A stretch of DNA of 64,000 nucleotides from Octopus vulgaris (Eukaryota). A program made the translations under genes and the position numbers. Under the pieces are notes generated by a model that was not told where the DNA came from, ran no database searches, and saw nothing but the letters and a program-made list of their open reading frames with translations. Position 1 is the first letter of the stretch. The number at the start of each line of letters is the position of its first letter. The stretch lies in the NCBI GenBank assembly GCA_951406725.2, contig OX597836.1, forward strand, positions 18,786,001-18,850,000, read 5' to 3'. Below are positions 1 to 13,976 of the stretch, in pieces.

Positions 1-37
<37 letters not shown>

Positions 38-435
38 CAGATTGTAAAAACAGACCGACAATGTTTAACCTACGTGCCGTTGCATTCAACATATGGGGCA
101 TTGTTTTACAAGATCAAATGAAAAAGCAGACGACAGACAAATGACGTAAACAAGACGCGACTGAGCAAAACAAATATAATGTCAGGTTTGATAAATGATT
201 AAAGGTAAGTGGACGATGGGAGGAGGAGGAGGAGGAAGGTAAGAGAAGGAGAAAAACGAAAGGAGGAGATACAAACTGTAATGAGAGAGTGAAAAGAAGA
301 AGAGGAATGGTAAAGAAAAAAAGCGAGAACTAAATAAGATGACGCTGCATTCAGCAGACGACACTTTGTTTCACGTGATCAAATGGAAAGAGCAGACGAC
401 AGACAGCACATCACAGCAACCAGCAGACGATGTAC

Positions 436-527
<92 letters not shown>

Positions 528-1071
528 GTATGTATGTATGTATGTATGTATGTATGTAGGTAGGTAGGTAGGTAGGTAGGTACGTACGTACGTACATACG
601 TAGGTAGGTAGGTAGGTAGGTATATACATATGTATATAATTTGTCTGGTACATAAGGCGTATATAATCTATCATAATGTTAATTTCATTTCGATGTTGTG
701 TTCCAGACTATGTTGGATTTCGATTTCGTGAGGCTCCGGGCTATCATAAAGCTTCAATTATCTTTTAACAAATAATACATAAGCCCTGTGACAAACTGAA
801 ATCAAGCACCGTATTTTCCTGTGAATAATTCGACTTACCTTTATTTTCTGTAAATTTTGGTCACAAACATTTAACTTGTATGCTTTTCAATTACTTGGGA
901 AGCCCCTTTAGTTTGTAAGACAGTCATCTGTAGTTGTTTAGCCTAACACTAAATCTGGCAACGGTTCCAGACACTCTTCTTCTTTAAGAGATCGTAACCA
1001 ACAAATGTTTCTCAATTTGCAAGACTTCAGATTATCAGCCAAGTGCGCAGTCAATCACATACGATGCAGTA

Positions 1072-1136
<65 letters not shown>

Positions 1137-1160
1137 ATCAGCAACAATTTAGATTCAAAT

Positions 1161-1199
<39 letters not shown>

Positions 1200-1203
<4 letters not shown>

Positions 1204-1700
1204 CGTATATTTGCCATTTGAATATGGCTAACCCCTAAGGGTGGATGCTACTGTAGTTTGTAGCCCCAGGAGGACACCTCCTCCAGCTGGCTATAGACAC
1301 ACTTTCTGTGCCCTATCAGTATTTGCAAAGGGAAGCCATCCTTCCCGTCTTCAACTTATGATATACACGGACTCGAGTTTCAGGGTATTGACCCGTCATC
1401 GGCGTGTAACAATCATAGTTGTCGATGAGAAGTCGGTTCCCTTCACAAATACATATACTTTTTCCAGTATTGATTGACACTGATATTGAAAAAGTAAAAT
1501 CAATGATAAATCTCAGAACGAGTTATAAACAGTAGCAGCAACATATCGTGACGTATATTTGCCATTTGAATATGGCTAACCCCTAAGGGTGGATGCTACA
1601 AACTACAGTAGCATCCACCCTTAGGGGTTAGCCATATTCAAATGGCAAATATACGTCACGATGTGTTGCTGCTACTGTTTATAACTCGCTGAGATTTATC

Positions 1701-1703
<3 letters not shown>
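1200..1703 (-). mobile_element. Non-coding PLE pseudo-LTR-like element: 348-bp-period direct repeat plus inverted arm, with HHR
   Basis: GTGACGTATATTTGCC...GGATGCTAC at 1200 and 1548. 1502-1599 is inverted at ~1608-1703. (TA)n on both sides. Confidence 0.65.
1364..1408 (-). ncRNA. Type I hammerhead ribozyme motif (core variant CCGAUGA)
   Basis: Minus strand: TACACG-CCGATGA-C-GGGT caat ACCC-T-GAAA-CTCGAG-TC-CGTGTA. 6-bp stem I, 4-bp stem II, palindromic stem III, GUC site. U4 is C in this copy. Confidence 0.7.
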
Positions 1704-1796
<93 letters not shown>

Positions 1797-1922
1797 GCAT
1801 TTTTTATATCGTGTGTTGATATATATTTCGGAATATATATGCCATTTAGAATATCACTGAAGCAAAATAACACCAAATATATAGTGCGTGTGTTTTTATT
1901 GCTAAACTGCATATAATTCTAT

Positions 1923-1988
<66 letters not shown>

Positions 1989-2041
1989 GTGTATGTATGT
2001 ATGTATGTACGTAGCATTTGATAAATCTATTTTAGTGGAGG

Positions 2042-2111
2042 TTTACGCTGATGAAAGACATGGAATATATATTTTATTATTATATTCCTAATCTAGAAAC
2101 GCGTTCGTAAA
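2042..2111 (+). ncRNA. Type I hammerhead ribozyme motif
   Basis: TTTACG-CTGATGA-A-AGA..GGAATATA(loop)TATATTCC..TCT-A-GAAA-CGCG-TT-CGTAAA. 6-bp stem I, palindromic stem III, GUU site. The closing pair of stem II is mismatched. Confidence 0.72.
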
Positions 2112-2426
2112 TGACCGTTAGACTTTGTTTTCGTTATTTATTCCTTCTGTTTTGCATATGTGAATTACAGGGATATGTCGTATGTTGAGTCTCATTTGTA
2201 GAAAATAGAAATAAACAGTCTTTGACTGCTATTTCTAATTTTTTCGGTATGTGGCTAAGCAACCTGTTGCCTGCCTCTTTTATTTATATACAATATATAT
2301 ATTGAACTTTTTAGAAGTTCCTACCGTTAATGGTTATATTTACATGCCGAAATCTACCAGTAAATAATTGTTGGGTTTTTTTAAAAGCCATTAAAGATAT
2401 TATTTACTCTTATTATATTACTAATT

Positions 2427-2601
2427 ATGTATGTATGTATGTATGTATGTATGTATGTATGTATGTATGTATGTATGTATGTATGTATGCATGTATGTAT
2501 GTATGCATGTATATATGTATGTATGTATGTATGTATGCATGTATATATGTATGTATGTATGTATGTTTATATGTATGTATGTATGTATGTATGTATGCAT
2601 G

Positions 2602-2632
<31 letters not shown>

Positions 2633-2691
2633 ATATGTATGTATGTATATGTATGTATGTATATATGTGTGTATGTATGTATGTATGTATG

Positions 2692-2725
<34 letters not shown>

Positions 2726-2828
2726 TGTATGTATGCATGTATGTATGTATGTATGTATGTATGTATGTATGTATGTATGTATGTATGTATGTATATATGC
2801 ATGTATATATGTATGTATGTATGTATGT
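2427..2828. repeat. (TATG)n microsatellite
   Basis: Seen directly in the sequence. Confidence 0.95.
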
Positions 2829-3240
2829 CCTCGTACTTCGTATTAATTGTTGTTTATGTTTTGTGACATCTTGTAAGTGGATTTGTGTGAAACATATGTG
2901 TGTGTGCATGTAAACAGACAAACACTTACAGAAATATATGCATATATATATATATATATATATATATGTTTACATACATACAAGCATACATACATGTATG
3001 CAAAACGATGTAGGCCTTTATATACAGACACACATATGTGTTTGTGTTTGTTTGTGCGTTTGCGTGTGTGTATGTATAACAAAACAGGATTGTGGGAATA
3101 TTTCCGTATTATTTAGTCTCTATTTTGTTTGCTAATAGGAATTACAAAAGTTTATGTTATATAGTCATGTAAGAAATTTACTATTAGAAATTCTTCAGAG
3201 AAAAATCTTATAATACAAAAATATACTTGTATGAAGTGTT

Positions 3241-3272
<32 letters not shown>

Positions 3273-3371
3273 TGTATGTACGCATGTATGCATATATTCA
3301 TGTATGTATGTATATATGTATGTATTTATGTATGTATGTATGTATGTATGTATTTTGCTATTTATGTATTT

Positions 3372-3597
3372 TTTGGACATTGTTGTGGAGCTGAAAACGA
3401 GGTAATTTCTACTCTTCTCCTCTGGAAGCCATCTCCTCGCAATACCAGAGGGCGAACACTCTCCTACCCTGATGTAATTTCCAGGGATACAGGCATCCAG
3501 CAACAGGACCTTCCTAATGCTATGATGGATTGTGAAGTCTGGCGTAACATAGTAAATTCCATTGTCTCAACCACGGTCGAACAATGATGATGATGAT
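3372..3597 (+). mobile_element. RTE-like LINE 3' end with (TGA)n tail
   Basis: GHC...LLLWKPS...RGR...D...MMDCEVWR C-terminus, then a stop and a short tandem tail. Confidence 0.6.
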
Positions 3598-3678
3598 TTA
3601 TGTATTTATGTATGTGATTGTGTCTATGTATGCTATTATGCAATATATTATACGTGCTATTTTTCTCATTGTTTTCAG

Positions 3679-3778
3679 CGACAGTTTAGCGTTTGCCTGC
3701 GAACCAGTACAAGGTAGCCTTGCCAACCTGCTGGGAAACTATAAAGGACTTCCAGCTAACATGCCTGGTGAACTAAAG
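3679..3778 (+). CDS. SCYL2: SCYL2-like pseudokinase, first visible exon (xDSLAFACEPVQGSLANLLGNYKGLPANMPGELK)
   Basis: ttttcag acceptor, AAG|gtaaac donor. Peptide matches the SCYL2 segment DCLAFCTEPVFASLANVLGN as recalled. 100 nt, ends in phase 0. Confidence 0.88.
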
Positions 3779-3964
3779 GTAAACCACCCTCACATTAAAT
3801 CTTTCTCAAGCTTCTTTTGTTCTTGTTTACGGAGACGATCAAGATGACCAACCGAGGGGTCACCAGTTTGTATTTTGTGAATGCTCAAGACTTTACGGTT
3901 GAGTAAGTTTGTGTATGTTATTTATCTACAGTGTGACAATCGCACCCATCTCGTGGCTATCATG

Positions 3965-4230
3965 GTCATACTCTTAAAAAATTTAGGAAAAAAACTCATC
4001 GCCACATTTAGTCAATTCGACCTCAAAATCGTTATTACTACTAATGCGTCAAAAGTCAATTTTTTAGATGTTTCCCGAGATCTAAATTCCCACCATTATG
4101 CCAAAACGAGGAATTATCTTATATATACAACCAGTCCTTTTGCCCAGCCCCTATAGTGTTTAAAAACTTGACCACTCTTTTTCAAAAGAAATTTACTATA
4201 ACAATGCCGTAACTAACAGTGGCTTCAAAG
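3965..4230 (+). mobile_element. Degenerate Penelope-like RT fragment
   Basis: KKLIATFSQFDLKIVITTNASKVNFLDV followed by YYNNAVTNSGFKE. Confidence 0.6.
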
Positions 4231-4374
4231 AATAAGTACTGGGCTTACAAAGAATAAGTCCCGGGGTCGATTTGCTCGACTAAAGGCGGTGCTCCAGCAT
4301 GGCCGCAGTCAAATGACTGAAACAAGTAAAAGAGAAAGAGAAAGATATATATATATATGTATGTATATATGTGA

Positions 4375-4414
<40 letters not shown>

Positions 4415-4698
4415 TCATATAGCGAAATCTACCCATCTGTATATCTATGCACACATTATCGCTCAAAGTCGTATTCTTTTCATTCTTAGTAGTCCGTCTC
4501 GCTAATCCTTGCATGCACTCACATCCACGCGTACACAGACTGCTACACATACACACACACGCACACACACACACACCTTTACACATACACACACACTACC
4601 CCTCTCTCATTGAAACACATATATACAAGGATACGCAAAGGCGTATTTTCTTCCTTATTATGAAACATACACACACACGCACGAGCACAAGCACACAA

Positions 4699-4784
<86 letters not shown>

Positions 4785-4913
4785 TGAGTGAGAGAGAAAG
4801 AAAGAGAGAGAGAGAGGAATTCAACGATATACCTACAATATATATATGTATTTGTATGGATGCATGTATTAAAAATCTGTTGAATACAATTTTATTCTTT
4901 ACTTTTAACAGTT

Positions 4914-4982
<69 letters not shown>

Positions 4983-5348
4983 ATTACTTTAGCATCTCAC
5001 TTTTCGAAAGTTAATTTTAATTTCTATTTTTAATGCTTTAATTTCGTCAATTCGAGCAAACATTCAAATAATATTGATAGATCGGTCTGGACAAAGAATA
5101 TCAAGCTAAGTTGTTATTTAAAATTAGATTAAAATTTATTTTCAGCAGAGCAGGCACCACTTGTTGTTGTTGTTGTGCTGCTATATTTTATTTGATTTTT
5201 TATAGTCTTCAATCACCTTTACATTTCATTCTGACGAGCAAATAATAAAAAAAAAAAGAAAAACGACTTAAAGACTCATTAACTTGTGGCAAGTAATCAA
5301 TTAGATTATGGACTGTGCTGTATCATAGCCTGTGAAAAAAATTAAAAG

Positions 5349-5399
<51 letters not shown>

Positions 5400-5669
5400 T
5401 CCTCATCTAGGTCGTTCCATGGGACGCCCGTATATATATATATATAATGACAATTATTCAATAGCCAAGATAAAACTCTGAGTTTCGGATGCCGAAGTGG
5501 AAATCCACAACACCACCATCACTTCGGCATATATATATATATATAGATACACACGTGCACACATAAGCACACGCAGAAACACATATACATATATACACAT
5601 AATTCAATGTATACAATATATAATTACGATCTACTAATACTTTCATGCATTGGAGAAATAGTCTAGGCA

Positions 5670-6030
5670 AGTTTTAATAACACTCCTTGTATCTCCAAGC
5701 AATTGGTAGGCTTTGAGCATATGGCCTATAAAATTTATAAATCAGGGCGCTAGGACAAGCGAAATTACGGGGAAAACAATGCACACGTGGTCAAGTGGGC
5801 AAGCTTCAGAGTTTCTGAAGTTACAAATGGGAGCAATCTCTTGGTGATGTTAACAGGTCGTGATGTTCTTCATATTGGGGCAACAAGATAATTTAATTGA
5901 GCATCTGTTAAGGATCTTCCTATATTTGTAATTTTCTGGGATATGCTTATCTGAAAGAGACAGATCCCTTACCTACATTAGTTTTAACATTTAAGGAGTA
6001 AAGAGATGGGGCAACCAAATTATTTTCCTA
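5670..6030 (-). mobile_element. Degenerate Penelope-like linker/GIY-YIG region
   Basis: Minus-strand translation gives DKHIPENYKYRKILNRCSIKLSCCPNMKNI then CPLDH, matching the PLE post-RT segment. Confidence 0.55.
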
Positions 6031-6507
6031 GGTCTGATTTTAGGTCTATTATCCTAATTCATATTTTTACTATATATACATATATATATATATATATCTT
6101 TCTCTTTCTCTTTTACTTGTTTCAGTCATTTGACTGCGGCCATGCTGGAGCACCGCCTTTAGTCGAGCAAATCGACCCCGGGACTTATTCTTTGTAAGCC
6201 CAGTACTTATTCTATCGGTCTCTTTTGCCGAACCGCTAGGTGACGGGGACGTAAACACACCAGCATCGGTTGTCAAGCAATGCTAGGGAGACAAACACAG
6301 ACACACAAACACATACACACACATACATATATACATATACATATATACGACAGGCGTCTTTCAGTTTCCGTCTACCAAATCCAGTCACAAGGCATTGGTC
6401 GGCCCGGGGCTATAGCAGAAGACACTTGCCCAAGATGCCACACAGTGGGACTGAACCCGGAACCATGTGGTTGGTTAGCAAGCTACTTACCACACAGCCA
6501 CTCCTGC

Positions 6508-6551
<44 letters not shown>

Positions 6552-6944
6552 AAGGATGAGTTTAGGTAATACCAAATGACACTTAAAAATAAAATCAAGC
6601 GACATTATGAAAAGAATGTAGATATTGACATAAAAATATACATAATTACGGGAATACTTACATATATATATATATAAATTAACAAGCTGAGTAAAATAAT
6701 TCCTCCAAAGACGTGTATGAAACAAATTGTTGGCCTTTTAATGTTCTAATAATTGTTTTTATTTGATATTATGTTATATTATATTCATCGTATATTATAT
6801 TGTAATATAAATTAATTGGTGGATTGTCAATTGTATCTCTCTATCTAATTTTATCTTTACATATGTATGTATATATGTATATACATATATACATACATAT
6901 ATAAAGATAAAATTAGATAGAGAGGTACAAGTGACAATCCACCA

Positions 6945-7007
<63 letters not shown>

Positions 7008-7018
7008 ATATATATATG

Positions 7019-7060
<42 letters not shown>

Positions 7061-7228
7061 AGATAAATAGAGAGATATAATTGACTATCCAATGTTTTTG
7101 GACTAATGGGTGTATGTTGATTAGTGTGTTGAGTAAAGCACTGGCACAGTTTGGGATACCTGGTGTCATCCACAGTCGGGATAGATTTCCATTGGATTTA
7201 CCTTAGGTATTCACCGGAATTAGTTGAG

Positions 7229-7275
<47 letters not shown>

Positions 7276-8639
7276 TATAATAATAATAATAATAATAACA
7301 ACAACAACAACAACAACAACAACAATAACAATAATAATAATAATAATAATAATTGCTTAAGTTACCAGAAGAGGGATTTGGTGGAACTCCTTTCAGCATG
7401 TTGTCTTGCATCAATTTTGCAGTTTGGGTCCCATGGGGTACGTTCATACATAAAGGTTTGTGTCTCACTAAAGATCCCGAGCTTTGACTGTTATGTTGTT
7501 ATATGCCCGCGTGGTTAAGAAATGAAGCATCCCTACTATTACTATTCTATTACAATTGTCTTTGTATGTACACATAGAGAAATAAATAATTGTTGAGGAA
7601 AAAAAATGTTCGTAGAGGAAATTAATGGATGGATAGGGATGGATTGAGATACACTGGGTTTAAGACAGAGGAATGGTATTAGATGAAGGGAGGAGTGATA
7701 CATATGCAGGCTGTAATATCAAGGAGGCGAAAGGTTATTTAGCTAGCTAACGTCGATCAGGATGCGTGCACACATATAGACACACACACACACACACTTT
7801 CGCTCGTACATGCACACACACAGGGGACGTTGGCCACCCGCCCATCCGGTCAGACTTAATTAAAGCTGATTTTTTTCGGACTTGGCGGTCCACTGGCACG
7901 TCTCAGTTAATGTTGACTGTTTTAGTTAAAGCTACAGCTTTAATTCTATAGTTGTCGCCCTTCGGTATTTACCATTGATAACGGCTAAAGAGCTAGAAAC
8001 AGATCCAACAGTAGGCAGCACTGGACAGATATGGTGCTCCACCTTTTTACTTTAAAAGAGAATTTTTTTCATCACGGTAACTACAATGAATTTGCCTCTA
8101 GAAGTTGAAATATAACAGACATATTTTAACTAATCTAAAGATCGCTTATGCCTAAATACTGCAAGGCATCGTTACTGCTGCAATATCCTACATATTATAA
8201 AATGCTACATCTGCCTAATAGGTCACGCTAGGAAGGGAGGAGTGAAACAACAAAAGGAGTGGGAGGGTGATAATCAGAGACGCTGAATGCAGGCGAACAG
8301 TGTTCAAGGATGTTGCCCTGAAGAAGCTAGTAGTTTAATCAAAATACAACCGCTAATCTTTATCGTAAATGCATTTAGTTAATCAGTTATACACACACAC
8401 ACATACCAGTATATATACGAAATTAAAAATTAAACACTTTATTTTCAAAATATTATCATCCAAATAATATTCGTGTGAATGCAACAGCGATACTTTGGAC
8501 CAAAAGGAACGGCAATCCCAGAATCCCACACGGTGATTGATTGATATGAGCAACGATGCTTCGTTTCACATGCATATCGCCATGACGGTGGCAGTGTGCA
8601 AGCGAATGGCTGAATGGATTTGTATAGATAGATAGATGG

Positions 8640-8891
<252 letters not shown>

Positions 8892-8919
8892 CAATGGATA
8901 GATAGATAGATGGATTTGT

Positions 8920-8973
<54 letters not shown>

Positions 8974-9001
8974 CAATGGATAGATAGATAGATGGATTTG
9001 T

Positions 9002-9051
<50 letters not shown>

Positions 9052-9139
9052 GGATGGATAGATAGGTAGGTAGGTAGGTAGGTAGGTAGGTAGGTAGGTA
9101 GGTAGGTAGATAGGCAGGCAGATAGATAGGCAGGTAGGT

Positions 9140-9202
<63 letters not shown>

Positions 9203-9662
9203 ACTTCGTTATTTCAACGGAGGCAATGCAAGCGGAAACTAGAGGAACATAATTAAGATCAACACTTGAAAATCAAATACATACATATATTCATATATTC
9301 TTCCACGTTTACAAAACGGATATATAAATTCCAAATATATAAATTATAAAACTATATATAAATAGATAAAAATAGGTGTGATACATAAAACACAGTGAAT
9401 TTACATTTAAAAGTTATAAAACATTAGTGTAATTAAAGAATTTTTAATTACACCAATGTTTTATAACTTTTAAATGTAAATTCACTGTGTTTTATGTATA
9501 ACACTGATTTTTATCAATTTATATATATTTGGAATTTATATATCCGTTTTGTAAATGTGAAAGAATATAGGAATATATGTATGTATTTTGATTTTCGAGT
9601 GTTGATCTTAATTATGTTCCAGTAGTTTCCGCTTGCATTACCTCCGTTGAAATTAAGTGAGG
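9203..9662. repeat. ~230-bp-arm near-perfect inverted repeat (foldback)
   Basis: ATTTCAACGGAGG...GTGTAATTAAA is mirrored by TTTAATTACAC...CCTCCGTTGAAAT; centre near 9439 with almost no spacer. Confidence 0.9.
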
Positions 9663-9770
9663 TATATAGCTCACTTGGAGCACTACAACTCCAGGCTGTA
9701 TTTTATTTGCGAGTATTGTTAACACAAACAATCTCAAAATAAAGCTGTGCATTTTATACATGCATACAGT

Positions 9771-9805
<35 letters not shown>

Positions 9806-10885
9806 CTTTTTACTCTTTTACTTGTTTTAGTTATTTGACTGTGGCCATGCTGGAGCACCGCCTTTAGTCGAGAAAATCGACCCCAGGACTTATTCTTTGT
9901 AAGTCTAGTACTTATTCTATCGGTCTCTTTTGCCGAACCGCTAAGTTACGGGGACTTGTCAAGCGATGTTGGAGGGACAACCTCAGACATACAAACACAT
10001 ACACACATATACACATACATATATATACATATATACGACGGGCTTCTTTCAGTTTCCGTCTACCAAATCCACTCACAAGGCTTTAAACGGTCCCAGGCTA
10101 TAGTAGAAGACACTTGCCCAAGGTGCCACGCAGTGGGACTGAACCCGGAACCATGTGGTTCGTAAGCAAGCTACTTACCACACAACCACTCCTACGCCTA
10201 TATATATATATATTCTTTGCTAAACATGCCTACTTGCAAGCATACGTACTGATGAGCATCGTTCATACATCCATAAATACACGACTTCAGAGACAGCACA
10301 CGCATATATACAAATATACACACACCCATATATATATACAAACATATATATGCATTCGTACATTGAATTCGTGCATACGAACACACATCTAGCCAGCCAT
10401 ACTTTGTACTCACTCACACATACGACACAAACATATATTACATACACGCATATACATAATCATGAATACACATTCCGACACACTTCAATACAGACATACA
10501 TACACACACACATATATATATATATGTACATACACATAAACATACATAAGCATACATACGCACTTACATATATATATATGACTTAAACAGGATTCGAATA
10601 ATCCTATCAGGTGGTGCTATTAAGTTAGACATTGCCTGGACCAATCTTTCGTCGAAACATATCTAAGTTTTATCTAAGTTTTATATGTGTGTGTCTGTGT
10701 GTGTGTATGTATATATATATATGTATGTATGTATATATGTATGTATATGGTATAAAGTAATATAGTATATTTTTATGTGTATTCGTAAATGTATATGCAT
10801 TAATGTATGTGATATAAAGTAATGTAGTATATATATTTCTGTGTGCGTGTGCGTATATGCATGTATGTATATATATATTTATATA

Positions 10886-10993
<108 letters not shown>

Positions 10994-11410
10994 TGTACAT
11001 ACACATAAACATACATAAGCATACATATGCACTTACATATACACATACAATACAACCACCATACACACAAACATATACTTATTCTTCAACTAGAAAATGA
11101 CCCATTTCGAGATCAATCAGTCTAAATCATTGATTATTGATTATAGCTCACCTTGTTTTGAGGATCCAAGGTGACAATTACATGTTCTTCACTTCAAAGA
11201 CGGCAACTCTCTTCCTAAAGATGGTCAAATAGCGCCCTTAGGCCAGTAGACATATGTTCAAAGTGCGCTAATACGCTAAGTGATATACACACCACGCGAA
11301 ATGCACAAATACTCGCGCACGGTAATTGTTAATTTGCAATTTATGCTGTAAATTAACTGTTTCTAGTTTTAGAAACCAATTGTGATTCTTCTCCTTATTA
11401 TTATTATTAT

Positions 11411-11514
<104 letters not shown>

Positions 11515-11547
11515 GTAGTAGTAGTAGTAGTAGTAGTAGTAGTTGCT

Positions 11548-11579
<32 letters not shown>

Positions 11580-11586
11580 GGTTGTT

Positions 11587-11631
<45 letters not shown>

Positions 11632-11814
11632 AGGCGGCGAGCTGGCAGAAACGTTAGCACGGCCGGGCGAAATGCCTAGCGGTATTTCGTCAGCCGTTAC
11701 GTTCTGAGTTCAAATTCCGCCGAGGTCGACTTTGCTTTTTAATTCTTTTGGAGGTCGATTAAATAAGTACCAGTCAAAGTGCTGTGTGGGTCTGGTTTGC
11801 TCTACATGTACAGA

Positions 11815-12230
11815 TGCGCTGTCAGACGGACTTGTACGAGGTGCACACAGCGTGACGAAACCGTTCTGCACGCCCTCGTTCAGTGTTCAGGCATTGATGA
11901 CTTGTGGGGTCATGTTGAACAGTTACTGTCTCGTGTGAGACGGATCCGTCTGCTGGCTGATCCTGTCGTGATGATCGCACCACTGCCTTCCTTCAATCGG
12001 GCAAGCAAGGCAGTTTTCCTTTGCCTGATGGTTGTGGTAAAAGAGGTTGCTTGGTGGACAAGGTTGAAAGGTATGAGGACAGATACATTCCCTTTTGGTA
12101 TGCATATGTCCCTTCTTTCCCAGTGTATACCAAGTATACTTTTTTAATCATTTCATTATTATAAGTAAAACCCCACTCTTTATGTCTGTTTCTGTATTGT
12201 CCCCCTCATCTTTCGCCCTTGTGGCAAATA
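11815..12230 (+). mobile_element. L1/Tx1-like LINE ORF2 C-terminal zinc-finger fragment and 3' UTR
   Basis: CTRC...ETVLHALVQC...LW zf-RVT-type motif. Confidence 0.6.
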
Positions 12231-12241
12231 TCATTGTTATT

Positions 12242-12274
<33 letters not shown>

Positions 12275-12276
12275 AT

Positions 12277-12560
12277 TGAGTGAGAGAGAAGTGCATGCAT
12301 TCAAAGTGACACTGGGGTAAAATATACGAAGCCCAGTATACCCATCATGACTAACCGTCTGATAAGGGTACACCAGGCACATGCATCACAACCATATATG
12401 CGCGACATGGTGATCTCATATCAAGATAAACAGCACATGACCTTGCAGGTGGCGCCCAGTTAGAATTTTCTTCTGGTCGAGTAACCCATCCCGCTCAAAA
12501 GGTCCCCGAATATGGGTTGTTTAAGGATGTTGAACGAAACACCCATGTTTCCAGAGGTGA
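12277..12560 (-). mobile_element. Interspersed repeat tailing into (AAT/AAC)n (shorter copies ~17178-17245, ~18128-18225)
   Basis: Three copies share GAGAGAG..GTGCATGC.ATCAAAGTGAC at one end next to triplet repeats and are truncated at variable points on the other, a retroposon pattern. Confidence 0.6.
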
Positions 12561-12579
12561 TTATTATTATTATTATTAA

Positions 12580-12633
<54 letters not shown>

Positions 12634-12653
12634 CATTATTATCATTATTATCA

Positions 12654-12739
<86 letters not shown>

Positions 12740-12768
12740 AATTTGGGTTTTTTCCTTTTTCTTTTCAG

Positions 12769-12813
12769 GAATGTGATTTTATAGAAATTGAAATTAAATA
12801 TGGAATTCTCCAG
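12769..12813 (+). CDS. SCYL2: SCYL2-like exon (ECDFIEIEIKYGILQ), absent from the ORF track
   Basis: Polypyrimidine tract + cag acceptor, CAG|gtaagt donor, 45 nt. Matches SCYL2 DYKLYDVETKYGLLQ and joins the flanking exons in frame. Confidence 0.88.
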
Positions 12814-13291
12814 GTAAGTTCTTCAACGGATCAGGCGTTTTCCTGTCCGAAGCATTTTCATAAGTTTATCCTAAATGCCCATGCTTCTTTCCAGACTTTT
12901 AGTTATTGGTGGTTAATTTGGTTTAGTTGGTGAATAAAATGTGTCGATATTATATTAGTTGGTGTGTGATATCTGTTGCGACCATATTAGTCGGTGGTTA
13001 ATCTGTATTGGTACAATGTTAGTAATTTGTTCATACACAATTGCATACGCAATAAAACGTGTATATTGTATATGATCCACAACTCGCCATAAATAACTGA
13101 TGCGCATAACATATGATACATATGGTTTTATTGCGTGTGATATAGTCTACTATCACATATTACGTACCAATTGATGAATCACTTCTTCGGGTGTTGGAAA
13201 ACTGGAAGGTGAGAAGCTTTCTTAAGACTCTACTGCTCCGATATCAGAAAATCCACGAAACTTCCATGGAGTATATATTATAATAATAATA

Positions 13292-13624
13292 AAGGGTAAA
13301 GACCCCCTTCGGTCATGAATGACCATGGAATTGCACCTAGAAAGTTACCCTCCTAGACACAAGTCCGGGCGAGGTTGTTTATGGTAGACCGGCAGTCGCC
13401 CATGCATACCAGCCTTCCCTCTCCATACCACCAGTGTTATCCAAGGGAAAGACAAAGGTCGATACAGCTTGGCACCAGTGACGTCGCAACTCATTTCTAC
13501 AGCTGAGTGAACTGGAGCAACGTGAAATAAAGTGCCTTGCTCAAGAACACAACACGCAGCCCGGACCGGGATTCGAGCTCACAACCTCACGATCGTAAGC
13601 TCGACGCTCTAACCACTGAGCCAT
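13292..13624 (-). mobile_element. tRNA-headed SINE family 4 (second copy 63731-64000 on +, cut by the window end)
   Basis: TGGCTCAGTGG and G(C/T)TCGA(A/T)TCCC boxes; the two copies are colinear. Confidence 0.8.
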
Positions 13625-13927
13625 AAAAACATCGAAAACTGCAGTTAGCAAAGGCCTTTTATTGCATATGAATTTGATTAAGAGTATCTGCATATTTCAG
13701 AATGCTATGATGGTTCTTATCGGTGAGATGGCAACTTTTAAGTAACATATTTATTTTTGCGGAGCTCTGATGAGTTAATTCCGCTATCCACTACGAAAGA
13801 AAACTTGCACAGTGCATGGGAATAAATCAATAACTGTCGTCTTAGTAACAACGTAATGCAAAATTGGTTATAATCGAAATCGAGGAAAGACTAGTAAACA
13901 ATACAATAAAAAGAATTAGCTACCTCC

Positions 13928-13976
<49 letters not shown>

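Noticed and set aside
707-775. Possible upstream SCYL2 exon after ttccag
   Set aside because: All three frames hit stops and none resembles the expected RHP...VEE kinase N-lobe sequence.
5231-5275. CTGACGA motif
   Set aside because: No stem II, stem III or stem I pairing follows.
7821-8320. Possible hAT-type MITE bounded by CAGGG...CCCTG
   Set aside because: The terminal match is only about 5 bp and no TSD was seen.
13767-13810. CTGATGA...GAAA motif
   Set aside because: Only 2 bp of stem II and no credible stem III or stem I; could be chance or too decayed to call.
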